A DNA stretch of 64,000 bases, taken from the NCBI GenBank assembly GCA_040954595.2, contig CM082577.2, forward strand, positions 13,957,903 through 14,021,902. The letters are read 5' to 3'. Source of the DNA: Balanoglossus misakiensis. Lineage: Eukaryota > Animalia > Hemichordata. Below, in pieces: positions 1-11,700 of this stretch. Positions within the stretch are counted from its first letter, which is position 1. Every line of letters begins with the position of its first letter. Below the pieces are notes generated by a model. That model was given only the letters and a program-made list of their open reading frames with translations. It had not been told where the DNA came from and ran no database searches. The position numbers and the translations under genes are program-made.

Positions 1-100
1 TTCATCAATCAAAGGACACATTATATTAAGGCTACTACGGATGTGACGTTGCGGAAACATAATCTTCATCATTTTTCCAGAAACAAATTAGCTCACTCAC

Positions 101-236
101 CTTTTGGGCCTTGCTCTGAGTGCACACTCTTTCAGTGGTGACACCACACAGCAGAATGACTTGAAGGGTCTGGGTATTTAAATACTGGACCCCATACCTC
201 GGATGTGACACAATGTTGCGGACAATCAGGGCTGAT
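101..236 (-). CDS. Probable internal exon of an unidentified minus-strand gene continuing off the left edge
   Basis: Minus strand: acceptor ...ttcaaaag| then 136 nt open (SALIVRNIVSHPRYGVQYLNTQTLQVILLCGVTTERVCTQSKAQK), then a strong donor AAG|GTGAGT. No family recognised. Confidence 0.4.
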
Positions 237-1420
237 CTTTTGAATGTCAGTGAAAATTTTAAACAGGGTATCTGTATCTCATATACATGTGCAACAACAA
301 AGGTATGATACTATTATTTAAAAAACATTGTAGCAATAATACCCCAGGTTTCTATTGCAGAATGGCAGCCCAGTAAATGTATGACATCATTTTTTACCCT
401 TATTTGGTAACACGGCTGTACTTATGTACATAATACAGGACACAATCAACACTCATCAATGATGCAGTAGTGCTCAAGAGATTCCATGAAGGTGTAGGAA
501 ATAAAATATCTCTACAAATTGTTCCAACAGAAGGTTACAAAGACAAAATTAATGTTTACATTATGGCCCTTTTTAAATTTGGCCACCGGTAACGCAGAAA
601 ATCAGCAAAATTATGACCATTTTTTTAAATAAAAAAAATGACTTTGTCAAATGAACCAAAAGTTATCTATGTTTTGAAACATGCTGAAATTGATAAAATA
701 CTGGTAAAATACACCACATATATCCACAAATTAAGCAGAGGTAGGCTGGTAACACTGTTCCTTAAAAATAGGTACCCTTAAAGCTTGCTTTTGCCGATAT
801 GCAAATAAGGTACAGGGGTTTTATGTTCATGCTGCCATATATAATTACCGGTATATGTATCGAACAAATCCTGATCACTAAAATAAATAATATCTTTGGA
901 GAGATTGCATGACAAAATCTCACATGCCTCAAGCTTTCATGTGTGCAGTTCAAGATGTCAGGCCCTCTAGATTACTTTAAATAATCTAGGAAGTTCAATC
1001 AAGTTCAGATGTCCAAATTACAGACATTGGCCTACTACTTTGGATGCAATTGTCAATGATCATGACCATGAACAATAAATTTCACACTCAAATCATATTT
1101 AATGAAAGGTAAATGAGTAGAACTTATTAATCATGATTGTAGTTACTAGTAATTCATTTTATTCCTAGTTTACAAATACCCCCCAATTGCTTTCATTTTG
1201 TCCCTAATTCTCTTGACTGTGCGTAAAGCTACTGTTTTTAAAAAGTTGACTTTGAGCGCTGGTGAGATGACAATGTTTTCCCAGAAATGTTGGCTAGTAC
1301 TGCCAGCAGTACCCATAAGTTTCATGTTTATGAGTGTCTAATTGTTTTTATAAGAACAAACAGGAGGGGGTAAGGGAGGGGTCAGTGACTTGAAGTGGTA
1401 GAAGTCACATGACATTTCAC

Positions 1421-1570
1421 CTCAGACAATCTTTGAGATTTGACAGCTGATTTACTGTAACTCTTGGCGTTTTGTCTTGTGCAAAATCTACCTTGTAACT
1501 TATCTAACTTTGCGCTTTTGCTAGGTTTTGATGTGGAGTCCACTACCATCTGAATGTTTGTCAATGGTCT
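1421..1570 (-). CDS. Possible exon of the same unidentified minus-strand gene
   Basis: Pyrimidine-rich acceptor ttctccctcattctgcag|, 150 nt open (RPLTNIQMVVDSTSKPSK...QRLSE), weak donor GAG|GTGAAA. Confidence 0.25.
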
Positions 1571-2021
1571 CTGCAGAATGAGGGAGAATGGGTAACGAAT
1601 GCACATACCACCAACCCCTTCTCCACACATACAATTAGCCTCAACATACCTCAGAGTCATTTAGACTAGCAACGGTCTTTGATCAGTTTTAACATACCTG
1701 TAATCAGTCCCATGCATCTCACATATAAACATGGCACTCATTGATCATGAGAAGAATAATTCCATGTGATGTTGGCTTGCTAGGGCTAGTTTTCTTAGCA
1801 ACTCCCACTATTAGCAGCTTTTAATTGATAAATTTCCCCCTCCTACTCTTTAGTCCACAAACGACACCATTTTGAATTGCGCATTCCATGATTGTGTACT
1901 CTTGCAATTGGGTTGAATACACCAGTGTCACTATTTACCTGTTTTATAGACAAATATGTGGCAACAATGACAGCTTGTTTCAATGGTGGAAGAGGAGAAA
2001 GACTCTGCAACCCTGTTGCAC

Positions 2022-5000
2022 TATAATAATAATAATAATAATTTATTTGTATAGCGTCAGTATCCACAAAAAATGTGATCAATGACGCTCAAAGCAAAAG
2101 TACAATACAACAAATGGCTAAAAAACAGATTTAAAAAGTAAAGTTTTAACATTTGATTTAAAAACAGATAAGTCTGGTGCCTGGCGAATGGTGAGTGGAA
2201 GATTATTCCAAAGAATTGGAGCAGCAACAGTAAAAGCACGATCACCATAACTCTTGGTGCGTGATCGAACAGGGCAGAGTTTGAACTGATCAGCTGACCT
2301 TAAATTGCGACATGGAACATATAGATTAGTCATGCTAGAAAGATAGATTGGACCAAGTTTATGAATGGATTTAAAAATGAGAACTAACATCTTAAAAACA
2401 ATACGCTCTGTAACAGGTAGCCAGTGCAACTGATACAAAATTGGAGTGATGTGACAGGTGATTTTAGAACGAGTTACAATTCTAGCAGCAATATTCTGAA
2501 CGCGTTGGATACGGTTGATTGAATACTTCGGGAGCCCAAATAAAAGTGAATTACAAGAATCAATTCGAGACGTAATGAATGCATGAACTAATTGCTCTGT
2601 AGCTGAATGAGATAAATATTTGCGGATAAGCGCAATGCGACGTAAATGAAAAGTGGCAGAGCGGCAGATCTGTCCAATATGTGGCTTCATTGTCAGACAA
2701 GAGTCAAGGATCACTCCAAGGCTCTTAGCCTGACAATGGACGGGAATCAGAGAATCGCCAACACGAAGTTCTGAAATCCCTCTAGCAGACAGATCACCCA
2801 AAATACCAGAGAAAATAACAAATTCAGTCTTTTCATCGTTTAAGCACAAGAAGTTTTCAGACATCCAAAACCTAACATCAGAAATACAAAGTTCAAGATT
2901 TGAAACAGTTCTTGCTGCGTTGTCTTTACTAAAAGACATATAAAGTGAAGAGTCATCTGCATAAAAACTATAAAGACAACCATGACTTTGAACTAATTCA
3001 CCTAATGGAGACGTGTACATATTGAAAAGTATGGGACCAAGAACTGATCCCTGTGGTACCCCAGTGTCGAGCGGATAAAAAGGTGATTGGGTGGAATTTA
3101 CAAGTACACACTGACTACGATTGGAAAGGTATGACTTAAACCACATGAGAACAGTATCTGAGAGACCGAAGCGGTCTCTTAAGCGATTGAGTAAAATGGT
3201 ATGGTTCACAGTGTCAAATGCTGCGGAAAGATCGAGTAATACCAAGAAAACATCTCTTTTTTCATCAAGAGCAAGCAAAATGTCATTTGTTACTTTGAGG
3301 AGAGCAGTCTCAGTACTGTGTCCTGGCTTGTAAGCAGATTGCAAAGGCTCGTCCAATGAATGGTTGACAATGTGAGAAGTCAGTCTCTTGGCAACAATAC
3401 GTTCCAGGATCTTCGACAAAAACGGCAGGTTGGATACAGGACGGAAATTTTTGAGAACTTCATGATCAAGAGATGGCTTTTTAAGTAGAGGTTTAACGAT
3501 GGCTTCCTTGAAATGAGGAGGTACAGCACCATACTGCAGAGAGTTATTGAAGATTTCTGTGATATGTGGTAACAAAACTTGTAAAATGTCAGAATGTTTG
3601 AAGATCTTGGTAGGAATCGGATCAAGGCGACAAGTAGATGAAGGCGATGCACGAATAACCTTGTCAATTTCATCAGCTGTTGTAGGCTCAAAGGCATTAA
3701 GGCGACAATCGGATTTCAATTCAGTTTGTGGTTGTGAATGATGTCGAATGGAATTGCCCATATTTATAGTTAGTGATTTTACGCGATTAATGAAGAATTT
3801 TGCAAAACGATTTGCTAATTCCAGAGAATCATCATGTTTTGGTAGTACAGTGGATGTGTTATTGTGACCAAGCAGTCCCTTTACGACCTTGAATAATAGT
3901 TTTTGGTTACCTGAGCACTCGTCAACAAGGCCGACATAATGGTTCTTTTTAGCAGCATCCACAAGGCGAACGACGTCGGTCCGACAGGCCCTGTAAATCT
4001 GGCGATGTACTTCCAACCTAGATTTTCTCCACATTTTTTTTTCTGCCTTCATTCTTTTCAACCGGGCATCGATGATTGACTGATTAATCCATGGCACTGG
4101 TCGCCTATTTGGCACTAGTCTCACACGGGTTGGTGCATGGCGATCAAATATATCGCTAACAGTGTTTTTAAGCAAATCCCAATTAGTAGATACGTCAGCA
4201 TCGGGTTGAAGGCGGATGGATGCAGATAATTCAGCAGCGAAACCATTAGCGGAAAAGGATTTCATATCCCTTGATGTAACAGATTTACGCGTGTTTCTAA
4301 CGTAAGAGTAATTGCGTATTGAGAATAACACTGGGAAATGATCAGAGATCGCATGGATCGGTTCAACTCGGACATCAGCGATGGTACTGTCATCAGCACG
4401 AGTAATGATATGGTCAATAGTATGGCCAGCACGATGTGTAGGAGAAGTTATCAATTGACTCATAGAAAACGACTCCAGAATGTCATGATATTTCCGGGCA
4501 TTTGGGCAGTTCAGATTGTCAATATGAAAATTGAAGTCGCCAGTGATGACAAGAGGGGCGTTGTTGGTGAGATGAGAAGACAAGAAGTCAGTGAAGTCAT
4601 TAACGAAGTCATCAACAGTGAAACCATTTGTTTCATTCGGAGGAGGACGGTAAACCGTGGCTAGTGTGATATGCGACGATGGAGTTTTTATACGTACCTC
4701 CATTAATTCAAACGACTTGATTGAGGTAGAAGGTGGACATTGTGACACTAACAGTGAAGATTTAAAAATCGTAGCGATGCCTCCCCCACGACCTTTACGC
4801 GGAACACTGATGATGCTATAGCCTGGTGGCAGAGTTTCATTGATGAGGGATGAATCACTGTCATCGTCACGAAGCCACGTTTCAGCAAGCATTAAAACTT
4901 CCAAATGACAGTCTTGCAGGAATTCGTTGATAGCTGTGGATTTATTGCACAATGATCGACAGTTCATGAAGGCGCAGCGTAGAACATTTCTTGGATGCTG

Positions 5001-5190
5001 ATCGATGGATGGCTTCGTGACAGGAGATAAGTCGACTGGAATATTGTGTGATTTGTCTTTCGCTGGAACAAAACCAGTCTGAGACTGATTATTGTTATGC
5101 AGTAGTTCGCCATGGCTATTTGAATATTCAGTAGTATGAATCCTGAGGAGATTACCATAGACTAGAGGTTTTCTGAAAATATCCAGATTT
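2022..5190 (-). mobile_element. Non-LTR retrotransposon, L2/CR1 group (probably L2 clade), 5'-truncated
   Basis: EN+RT ORF; short 3' UTR with a stem-loop (2053-2089); terminal (TTA)n tail at 2022-2042. No ORF1 or TSD seen. The 5' boundary is approximate. Confidence 0.9.
2118..4967 (-). CDS. LINE ORF2: apurinic-like endonuclease plus reverse transcriptase (949 aa, uninterrupted)
   Basis: EN motifs MNCRSL, LAETWL, VYRPP, GDFNFH, TIDHI, SDHFPV. RT motifs NFRPVSNLPFLSKILE, LDLSAAFDTV, GVPQGSVLGP, YADD. L2-type C-terminus HITPILYQLHWLPV. Confidence 0.95.
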   Translation of the reverse strand: MNCRSLCNKSTAINEFLQDCHLEVLMLAETWLRDDDSDSSLINETLPPGYSIISVPRKGRGGGIATIFKSSLLVSQCPPSTSIKSFELMEVRIKTPSSHITLATVYRPPPNETNGFTVDDFVNDFTDFLSSHLTNNAPLVITGDFNFHIDNLNCPNARKYHDILESFSMSQLITSPTHRAGHTIDHIITRADDSTIADVRVEPIHAISDHFPVLFSIRNYSYVRNTRKSVTSRDMKSFSANGFAAELSASIRLQPDADVSTNWDLLKNTVSDIFDRHAPTRVRLVPNRRPVPWINQSIIDARLKRMKAEKKMWRKSRLEVHRQIYRACRTDVVRLVDAAKKNHYVGLVDECSGNQKLLFKVVKGLLGHNNTSTVLPKHDDSLELANRFAKFFINRVKSLTINMGNSIRHHSQPQTELKSDCRLNAFEPTTADEIDKVIRASPSSTCRLDPIPTKIFKHSDILQVLLPHITEIFNNSLQYGAVPPHFKEAIVKPLLKKPSLDHEVLKNFRPVSNLPFLSKILERIVAKRLTSHIVNHSLDEPLQSAYKPGHSTETALLKVTNDILLALDEKRDVFLVLLDLSAAFDTVNHTILLNRLRDRFGLSDTVLMWFKSYLSNRSQCVLVNSTQSPFYPLDTGVPQGSVLGPILFNMYTSPLGELVQSHGCLYSFYADDSSLYMSFSKDNAARTVSNLELCISDVRFWMSENFLCLNDEKTEFVIFSGILGDLSARGISELRVGDSLIPVHCQAKSLGVILDSCLTMKPHIGQICRSATFHLRRIALIRKYLSHSATEQLVHAFITSRIDSCNSLLFGLPKYSINRIQRVQNIAARIVTRSKITCHITPILYQLHWLPVTERIVFKMLVLIFKSIHKLGPIYLSSMTNLYVPCRNLRSADQFKLCPVRSRTKSYGDRAFTVAAPILWNNLPLTIRQAPDLSVFKSNVKTLLFKSVF

Positions 5191-6358
5191 CAAGACAAGA
5201 AATTAAAGGTATACAGTCACCTCCAATTTACATATGCCGATTATATGGCTGAAATGGCATATTGAAGCGTTTAAAGAACATATTGTGTAGACCATGAGCC
5301 AGTAGGGGTTTACCTCCCCCCCCCGGGGGAATTTTTGAGACAATGTTTTTCTGAAAGCCTATCATATACTGAGTAAAATTCACTTTGTTTGCCATCTGGG
5401 CACCGGGGCGTTTTCGAGTTATTGGCTTCTAAATTATATTGGGTAACGTATGTAGAAAAGCCTAAAAGTGCATATAAATTGACGTAGGGGGGTAAATTAG
5501 TCTTGTAAAATACTGTCTCTCTGAATGTATACCTAGAACAACAGGGAAGTGTTTGGTATCAAAAGAAAGCTTAATAAACAAGCTTTCCATTAATTACAAA
5601 ATTAAAGTGATATGACAAATCATGACATCATAGTGACGTCATAAGTCAAAATACCCTTACGAAAATGGTGTTCTGTTCACCTATAATTTGTATAAATGTG
5701 GAAGAACGGGGTGGAGGTGGGAAAGACGACGTGACCTGGCTCAAGCAGAGAACTGAATGAATGAATGAATGAATGGGGAAACAAAGGACGGCCAGTCTGA
5801 CGCTAAGGGCCGTGTGCACAGGCCAAGCTGATTGGTCAGAAACGAAGCAGTAAAGGTCAGCACCAGCGGCGCTGATTGGTCGAGGAAATGGAGGTGGGGC
5901 TAGTGAAGACCACCTCGGTGTGTTCACAAAAAACATCTGTGACACAACACAGATTTTACTTTGTGAAACACACCACGCTGGATTGAGATAGAAGTAAGGC
6001 TTTTAATACCCGAACAAGAAACTCGCTTAACAAAACTTAATAAATTACAGAGAAAAACACAAGTGTCAATAAATGAACAATAAAACTAAAATACACTAGT
6101 CTAGCTATTCAAATAAAAAACGCTAATCTAAAATTGGGAGGGGGCCCCTTCAGTCAAGCGGTCGAACCTGGCCCTGTGGGTGGATCCATCCTGACAGGCC
6201 GAAATGTGAGGGAGGTTGTGCACTTCCCGAGAGATGGGGGTCAGGATGAAATCCAAGGCCCAAAACGAAGGAAGAATGACTGAAGTTGACCCCCAAAATA
6301 AAGGGAAGTGGAAAAGAGGAAATGGGGTGAGATGTTGGAAATGCTGGGAGTGGGATCC

Positions 6359-7052
6359 TGGGGGACGGGTCGACCGTGCGAGCCCAGGTGGGAGCGTGGA
6401 ACGAATGAGACAATGGAAAGATGTCACCCAAGGGATCATAACATGATGCGGCTTGGGGGGGAGGGGGGTCCTGGGGGACGGGTCGACCGTGCGAGCCCAG
6501 GTGGAAACAGGTGGAATGAATGAGACAATGGAAAGATGTCGCCCAAGGGATCATAAAATGATGCGGCTTGGGGGGGAGGGGGTCCTGGGGGACGGGTCGA
6601 CCGTGCGAGCCCAGGTGGGAGCGTGGAACGAATGAGACAATGGAAAAATGTCACCCAAGGGATCATAAAATGATGCGGCTTGGGGGGGGAGGGGGTCCTG
6701 GGGGACGGGTCGACCGTGCGAGCCCAGGTGGGAGCGTGGAACGAATGAGCCCAAGGGATCATAAAATGATGCGGCTTGGGGGGGAGGGGGTCCTGGGGGA
6801 CGGGTCGACCGTGCGAGCCCAGGTGGGAGCGTGGAACGAATGAGACAATGGAAAGGTGTCACCCAAGGGATCATAACATGATGCGGCTTGGGGGGGAGGG
6901 GGGTCCTGGGGGACGGGTCGACCGTGCGAGCCCAGGTGGAAACAAGTGGAACGAATGAGACAATGGAAAGATGTCGCCCAAGGGATCATAAAATGATGCG
7001 GCTTGGGTGGGTGTGGTTCTGGGGGACGGGTCGACCGTACGAGCCCAGGTGG
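6359..7052. repeat. 113-bp GC-rich tandem array (6 units plus a partial) in the Ngaro-like element
   Basis: Repeated GGGGGACGGGTCGACCGTGCGAGCCCAGGTGG...CCCAAGGGATCATAAAATGATGCGGCTTGGGGGGG; reverse complement of 50388-51081. Confidence 0.95.
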
Positions 7053-7089
7053 CATGTGGTAAAACAAGAAAAAGGAGGTAAACTTATCA

Positions 7090-7372
7090 GAAGGCAAGCG
7101 CGAGAAGAAACACTCTCGAATGACTGGCAAGCACATGAAAAGCATGACGCAAGGAGGTAACGGAGGTTCTAAAAACAACTGGTAACAGTCACTAGACCAT
7201 CTACCTAAGTACTGAATTAGGTGATCGGGGATGCGAGACGAAGCAGCCGTGGAAAGAAACACTCTCGAATGACTGGCAAGCACAGGAAAAGCATGACGCA
7301 AGGAGGTAACGGAGGTTCTAAAAACAACTGGTAACAGTCACTAGACCATCTACCTAAGTACTGAATTAGGTG
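7090..7372 (-). pseudogene. Tyrosine recombinase C-terminal remnant, tandemly duplicated (149-bp period)
   Basis: Translates TAASSRIPDHLIQYLGRWSSDCYQLF, the LGRWxSxxY motif with the catalytic Tyr region typical of DIRS/Ngaro YRs. Confidence 0.75.
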
Positions 7373-8616
7373 GGTCGCTGTTTGCCCGAGCAATTGCCCT
7401 GGGCTTTGCTGTGGTCGCCGGAGAAGCAGATGGAACAGCAATGGGCGAAGGAACAGTTATCTTTTTTACAACCCGTGGGCGAATTGAAATTATTGCAGAG
7501 TTCTTTATCCTGATGGAAAACGCGGGGACGTCCCTGCCGGTCCTGTGATGGCGGTTGCGGTGGTGCGGAGATGGAGTTAACCGATTTCCTGCTGCCCGGA
7601 GCGAGTTGCGGACATATCTCGGTAGCGTGGGCTACACTTCCGCACAGGTTGCACAGCACTGCTCGCATGCCGGAGAAAATAGAACAATATAAAGTAGTGT
7701 CCCGGCGAGACCAATCCACTTTTATGTTATGGTTTTGCAGCAAAGCCGCGGCCCTAGCGGAAAATGCACGATGGTACTCATAAAAGGCCAAGCCACTAAA
7801 ACGACGCGACATGTCGACTAAATCTCGTTGGTATGAGTCCAGTTCTTCACGGCGATTCGGATAAGCCTCGCACATAACATTTTTATAAACCGAAAAGGCT
7901 AGAATGAATTCTTGGATTGTAAGCGAGCGATGAACTCGAGTGTCGTGTAAAGGTCGCAGCGACAGGGCCTCGTCGCCGATAACAATGTGACGCTGGCTAT
8001 CGTTGAAGCTGTACCCCGGAATGAGCAGGCATGCCAAATTGACGTCCTTACCTGCGAGAATATCTCGACGAAGGGAGGGTGATACCAGTTCGACGTGCGG
8101 TAAATTTTCCGAGGAGATACCGCGAGAACGGAGCAGGTCATTGGTAGCGCCAGAATGGTTGTTGTTGTTAGTGGCCGAGCCGCGGCCGCCATCTTGGAAA
8201 GCGTTGGTGTGTACGTTTTGCTCCATAGGCGGATGTGACGTCACCGGCGATGACGTCATGGGTGCGTTGTTGCTGAACCCTGGATTTTGCTGTTCCAAAA
8301 CTAAGCGCGTCAGGTTGTTGACAGAGTCTTGCAGAGATGTAAACATGGAAGTAGTTACATAATTGTTTTGCTGCTCTTGCCTACTGCCTTGGGGGACGTC
8401 GGAAAATTCAGGAGAGGAACGACGATCGGCTGGAACTTCGTTGTTGTAGCCCTGAACAGAAGTCGCACAGTTCTCAGTGACCAGTCTATTCAGATCGGTG
8501 GTACTCGGCGACGCAGACACGGCATCCGGTGTCGCTGAAGAACGGGATTGAGCTCGGGTAGTCGGTCTAACGTACGGCTGAGCTGTTGGGACTCGTGATC
8601 GACGTCTGGCGGGCAT
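7366..8616 (-). CDS. Gag-like protein (416 aa) of the Ngaro/DIRS-like retroelement
   Basis: First ATG gives MPARRRSR. Conserved-looking core LTIQEFILAFSVYKNVMC...FYEYHRAFSARAA; CCHC knuckle CNLCGSVAHATEICP; C3H/CCHC finger CNNFNSPTGCKKDNCSFAHCCSICFSGDH. Confidence 0.85.
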   Translation of the reverse strand: MPARRRSRVPTAQPYVRPTTRAQSRSSATPDAVSASPSTTDLNRLVTENCATSVQGYNNEVPADRRSSPEFSDVPQGSRQEQQNNYVTTSMFTSLQDSVNNLTRLVLEQQNPGFSNNAPMTSSPVTSHPPMEQNVHTNAFQDGGRGSATNNNNHSGATNDLLRSRGISSENLPHVELVSPSLRRDILAGKDVNLACLLIPGYSFNDSQRHIVIGDEALSLRPLHDTRVHRSLTIQEFILAFSVYKNVMCEAYPNRREELDSYQRDLVDMSRRFSGLAFYEYHRAFSARAAALLQNHNIKVDWSRRDTTLYCSIFSGMRAVLCNLCGSVAHATEICPQLAPGSRKSVNSISAPPQPPSQDRQGRPRVFHQDKELCNNFNSPTGCKKDNCSFAHCCSICFSGDHSKAQGNCSGKQRPT

Positions 8617-9199
8617 TTTTCTTCGGTTAGAACACGTAACGACGAAGAGTGAAAACACAGGTTGAAATGGAGGAGTTACGTAGTAAATAAAGACGACGTG
8701 ACCTGGCTCAAGCAGAGAACTGAATGAATGAATGAATGAATGGGGAAACAAAGGACGGCCAGTCTGACGCTAAGGGCCGTGTGCACAGGCCAAGCTGATT
8801 GGTCAGAAACGAAGCAGTAAAGGTCAGCACCAACGGCGCTGATTGGGCGAAATGGAGGTGGGGCTAGTGAAGACCACCTCGGTGTGTTCACAAAAAACAT
8901 CTGTGACACAACACAGATTTTACTAAATGTGAGGTTTTGCAAAACACGTCTCTGAGCAATTGTACTGATGAAAACTGTGATGTGTTTGGTATCAACAGAA
9001 AGCTGATTGAGTAAAGTATCTAATTATTGCAAAATATTGATATAATAATCAATTACGTCATCATTACGTCATACTTCCAAGTACCCTAACCAATTAGTGA
9101 CTATGATGACAAGTTATTACCCTAGGAGATAGGTGCCTTTAAATAAAAAAATTGGTAAGGAAGGTTTGTGAAGTCCATTCTATGTAAAAAATGGTGCTG

Positions 9200-11700
9200 A
9201 TTCCAAAAAAAGGCAGTCTTATTGACCCCACCCAAGACAAAATTGCCATTTTGGCACTTTTTAACCCAAAAAAGGTCATTTTTAGAAAACACTAAAAACA
9301 CACTGTTTTCGTCACATTCGAAGATCTGATGACATATGATATGCCTATTCTATGTAAAATTTGGTTGATATTACGAAAAAAGCAGTCTAACTGACCCCAA
9401 ACGAGACAGAATTGCCTTTTTGACCATTTTTTGCCCAAAAACGTCATTTTTAGACAAAACTTAAAACACACTCTTCTCTTCATATTGATTGATTTGATGA
9501 TATATGGAAAGTCAATTCTATGTGTAAATTGGTGACTATAAAACATAAAGCAGTCTTTTTGACCCCAATCAATACAAAAATGCCATTTTTGGCCACATTT
9601 TTGAGGTCAAATAAGGTCATTTTTACAAAAAAAACTAAAAACAAACTGTTTTCTTCATATTCAGAGATCATGTGATATAATATAATTTCTGATTTTGTAT
9701 TCAGAACGAAGAGGATACATGTTAACAATCTATCCGGAGCTGGTATAGATGTACTTAAAAAAATTATACCATGTTGGCATGTATAACCGACTTATAGTAT
9801 ACAGTGTGAATACATGGATCGTCTCGTTTTATTGTTGAGTTCCATTTTAGGCTAAATGTGCCTTTCAATATCATCAATTCAACTGATATCATATGGTATG
9901 ACATTTTAAATATGCAAATATAACATCAAAACTCAAAAGGCAAAAACACCAATTATTTTGTTTTCTGAAACAGACAATTGTTGACTAGAAGATGGCTTAG
10001 TGGCAATTTTGTATTGAGTGGGGTCTTAATAAGACTGTTGCGTTGGTATCAGCATATTTTTTGCAAAAAATGGACTTTCCATTCATAATCAAACATTTAA
10101 ATACGAAGAAAACAGCTTGTTTTCATTTTTTCTTGAAATGACCTTTTTGACCAAAAATGGCCAAAATGACAATTTTGTAGGGCTGAAAAGAATTTTTTTT
10201 TTGGAATCGGCTCCCATTCAACAAAAATGGACCTTCTCCGTACATCATAAGATCTGAAAATAAAGAAAGAAGTTTTCAAACAGTTACCTTTTTTGAGCAA
10301 AGTGGCCAAAATGGCATTTTTTCCCTCTGTGGAGTCAGTAAGAGTGCTTTTTTGGAAAAATCGCTACTTTTAAGATAGAATGGACTTTTATTTATTATTA
10401 GATCACCAAAGGGAAACAAATAGCATGTTTTTAGTATATTCTAAAAATGACCCTTTTTGGGCAAAAAGTATTTTCATCTTCATTGAGATCAATAAGATTG
10501 CTTTTTCTAGAGTCAACAGCAATTTTTCAATAAATGGACTTTTCATACATGATCAAATTTCCAAATATAAAGAAAAACGTTTGCTTATTTCTTAAAATGG
10601 CCTTTTTGGGCAAAAACTTGCCAAAAAACGCACTTTAATCTTGAGTGGCGCCAATAAACCTACTTTTTTGAATACCTACCAAATTTTACACAAGGTGGGT
10701 ATACAATACATTATCAGATCTCCGAAAGTGAAGAAAATATATAAGTTTTGAGTGTTTTCTAAAAATGACATTTTTGGGGCAAAAAGTGGCAAAAATGGCA
10801 CATTTGCCTTGAGTGGGGGTTAATAAGGCTGCTATTTCTGGAATCAGAACTATTTTACATAGCATAAACTTTTCATATATCACATGATCTCTGAATATGA
10901 AGAAAACAATTTGTTTTTAGTTTTTTTGTAAAAATGACCTTTTTTTACCTCAAAAATATGGCCAAAAATGGCATTTTTTTGTATTGATTGGGGTCAAAAA
11001 GACTGCTTTATGTTTTATAGTCACCATTTTACGCATAGAATTGACTTTCCATATATCATCAAATCAATCAATATGAAGAGAAGAGTGTGTTTTAAGTTTT
11101 GTCTAAAAATGACGTTTTTGGGCAAAAATGGTCAAAAAGGCAATTCTGTCTCGTTTGGGGTCAGTCAGACTGCTTTTTTCGTAATATCAACCAAATTTTA
11201 CATAGAATAGGCTTATCATATGTCATCAGATCTTCGAATGTGATGAAAACAGTGTGTTTTTAGTGTTTTCTAAAAATGACCTTTTTTGGGTTAAAAAGTG
11301 CCAAAACGGCAATTTTGTCTTAGGTGGGGTCAGTTAGACTGCTTTTTTCGTAATATCAACCAAATTTTACATAGAATAGGCATATCATATGTCATCAGAT
11401 CTTCGAATGTGACGAAAACAGTGTGTTTTTAGTGTTTTCTAAAAATGACCTTTTTTGGGTTAAAAAGTGCCAAAATGGCAATTTTGTCTTGGGTGGGGTC
11501 AGTTAGACTGCTTTTTTCGTAATATCAACCAAATTTTACATAGAATAGGCATATCATATGTCATCAGATCTTCGAATGTGACGAAAACAGTGTGCTTTTA
11601 GTGTTTTCTAAAAATGACCTTTTTTTGGGTTAAAAAGTGCCAAAATGGCAATTTTGTCTTGGGTGGGGTCAATAAGACTGCCTTTTTTGGAATCAGCACC
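9200..11700. repeat. About 170-bp subterminal tandem repeats in both arms of the Academ-like element (copy 1)
   Basis: Unit ...GACCCCACCCAAGACAAAATTGCCATTTTGGCAC...; about 3 units in the short arm and about 11 inverted units in the long arm, degrading inwards. Confidence 0.85.

Larger units (their letters stand above)
5701..8924 (-). mobile_element. Internally deleted tyrosine-recombinase retrotransposon (Ngaro/DIRS-like), Gag-only (copy 1)
   Basis: Direct repeats A1 8689-8924 and A2 5722-5960; gag ORF; duplicated YR C-terminal remnant; 113-bp tandem array. Flanked by a (T)AAATGTG duplication at 5693-5700 / 8924-8931. Confidence 0.8.

Noticed and set aside
6359-7052. CRISPR-like array
   Set aside because: Units are contiguous near-identical tandem repeats without unique spacers; eukaryotic context; no cas genes.
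6128-7301. Many overlapping Pro/Gly-rich ORFs (and their mirrors at 50139-51312)
   Set aside because: By-products of the GC-rich 113-bp array, apart from the short YR remnant.
9292-11210. ORFs in the transposon arms as a transposase
   Set aside because: Short F/K-rich translations of AT-rich repeats with no DDE motif.
9300-11600. Hammerhead ribozymes (CTGATGA in the 170-bp repeats and TIR)
   Set aside because: No GAAA follows a stem II, and no stems I/III were found.
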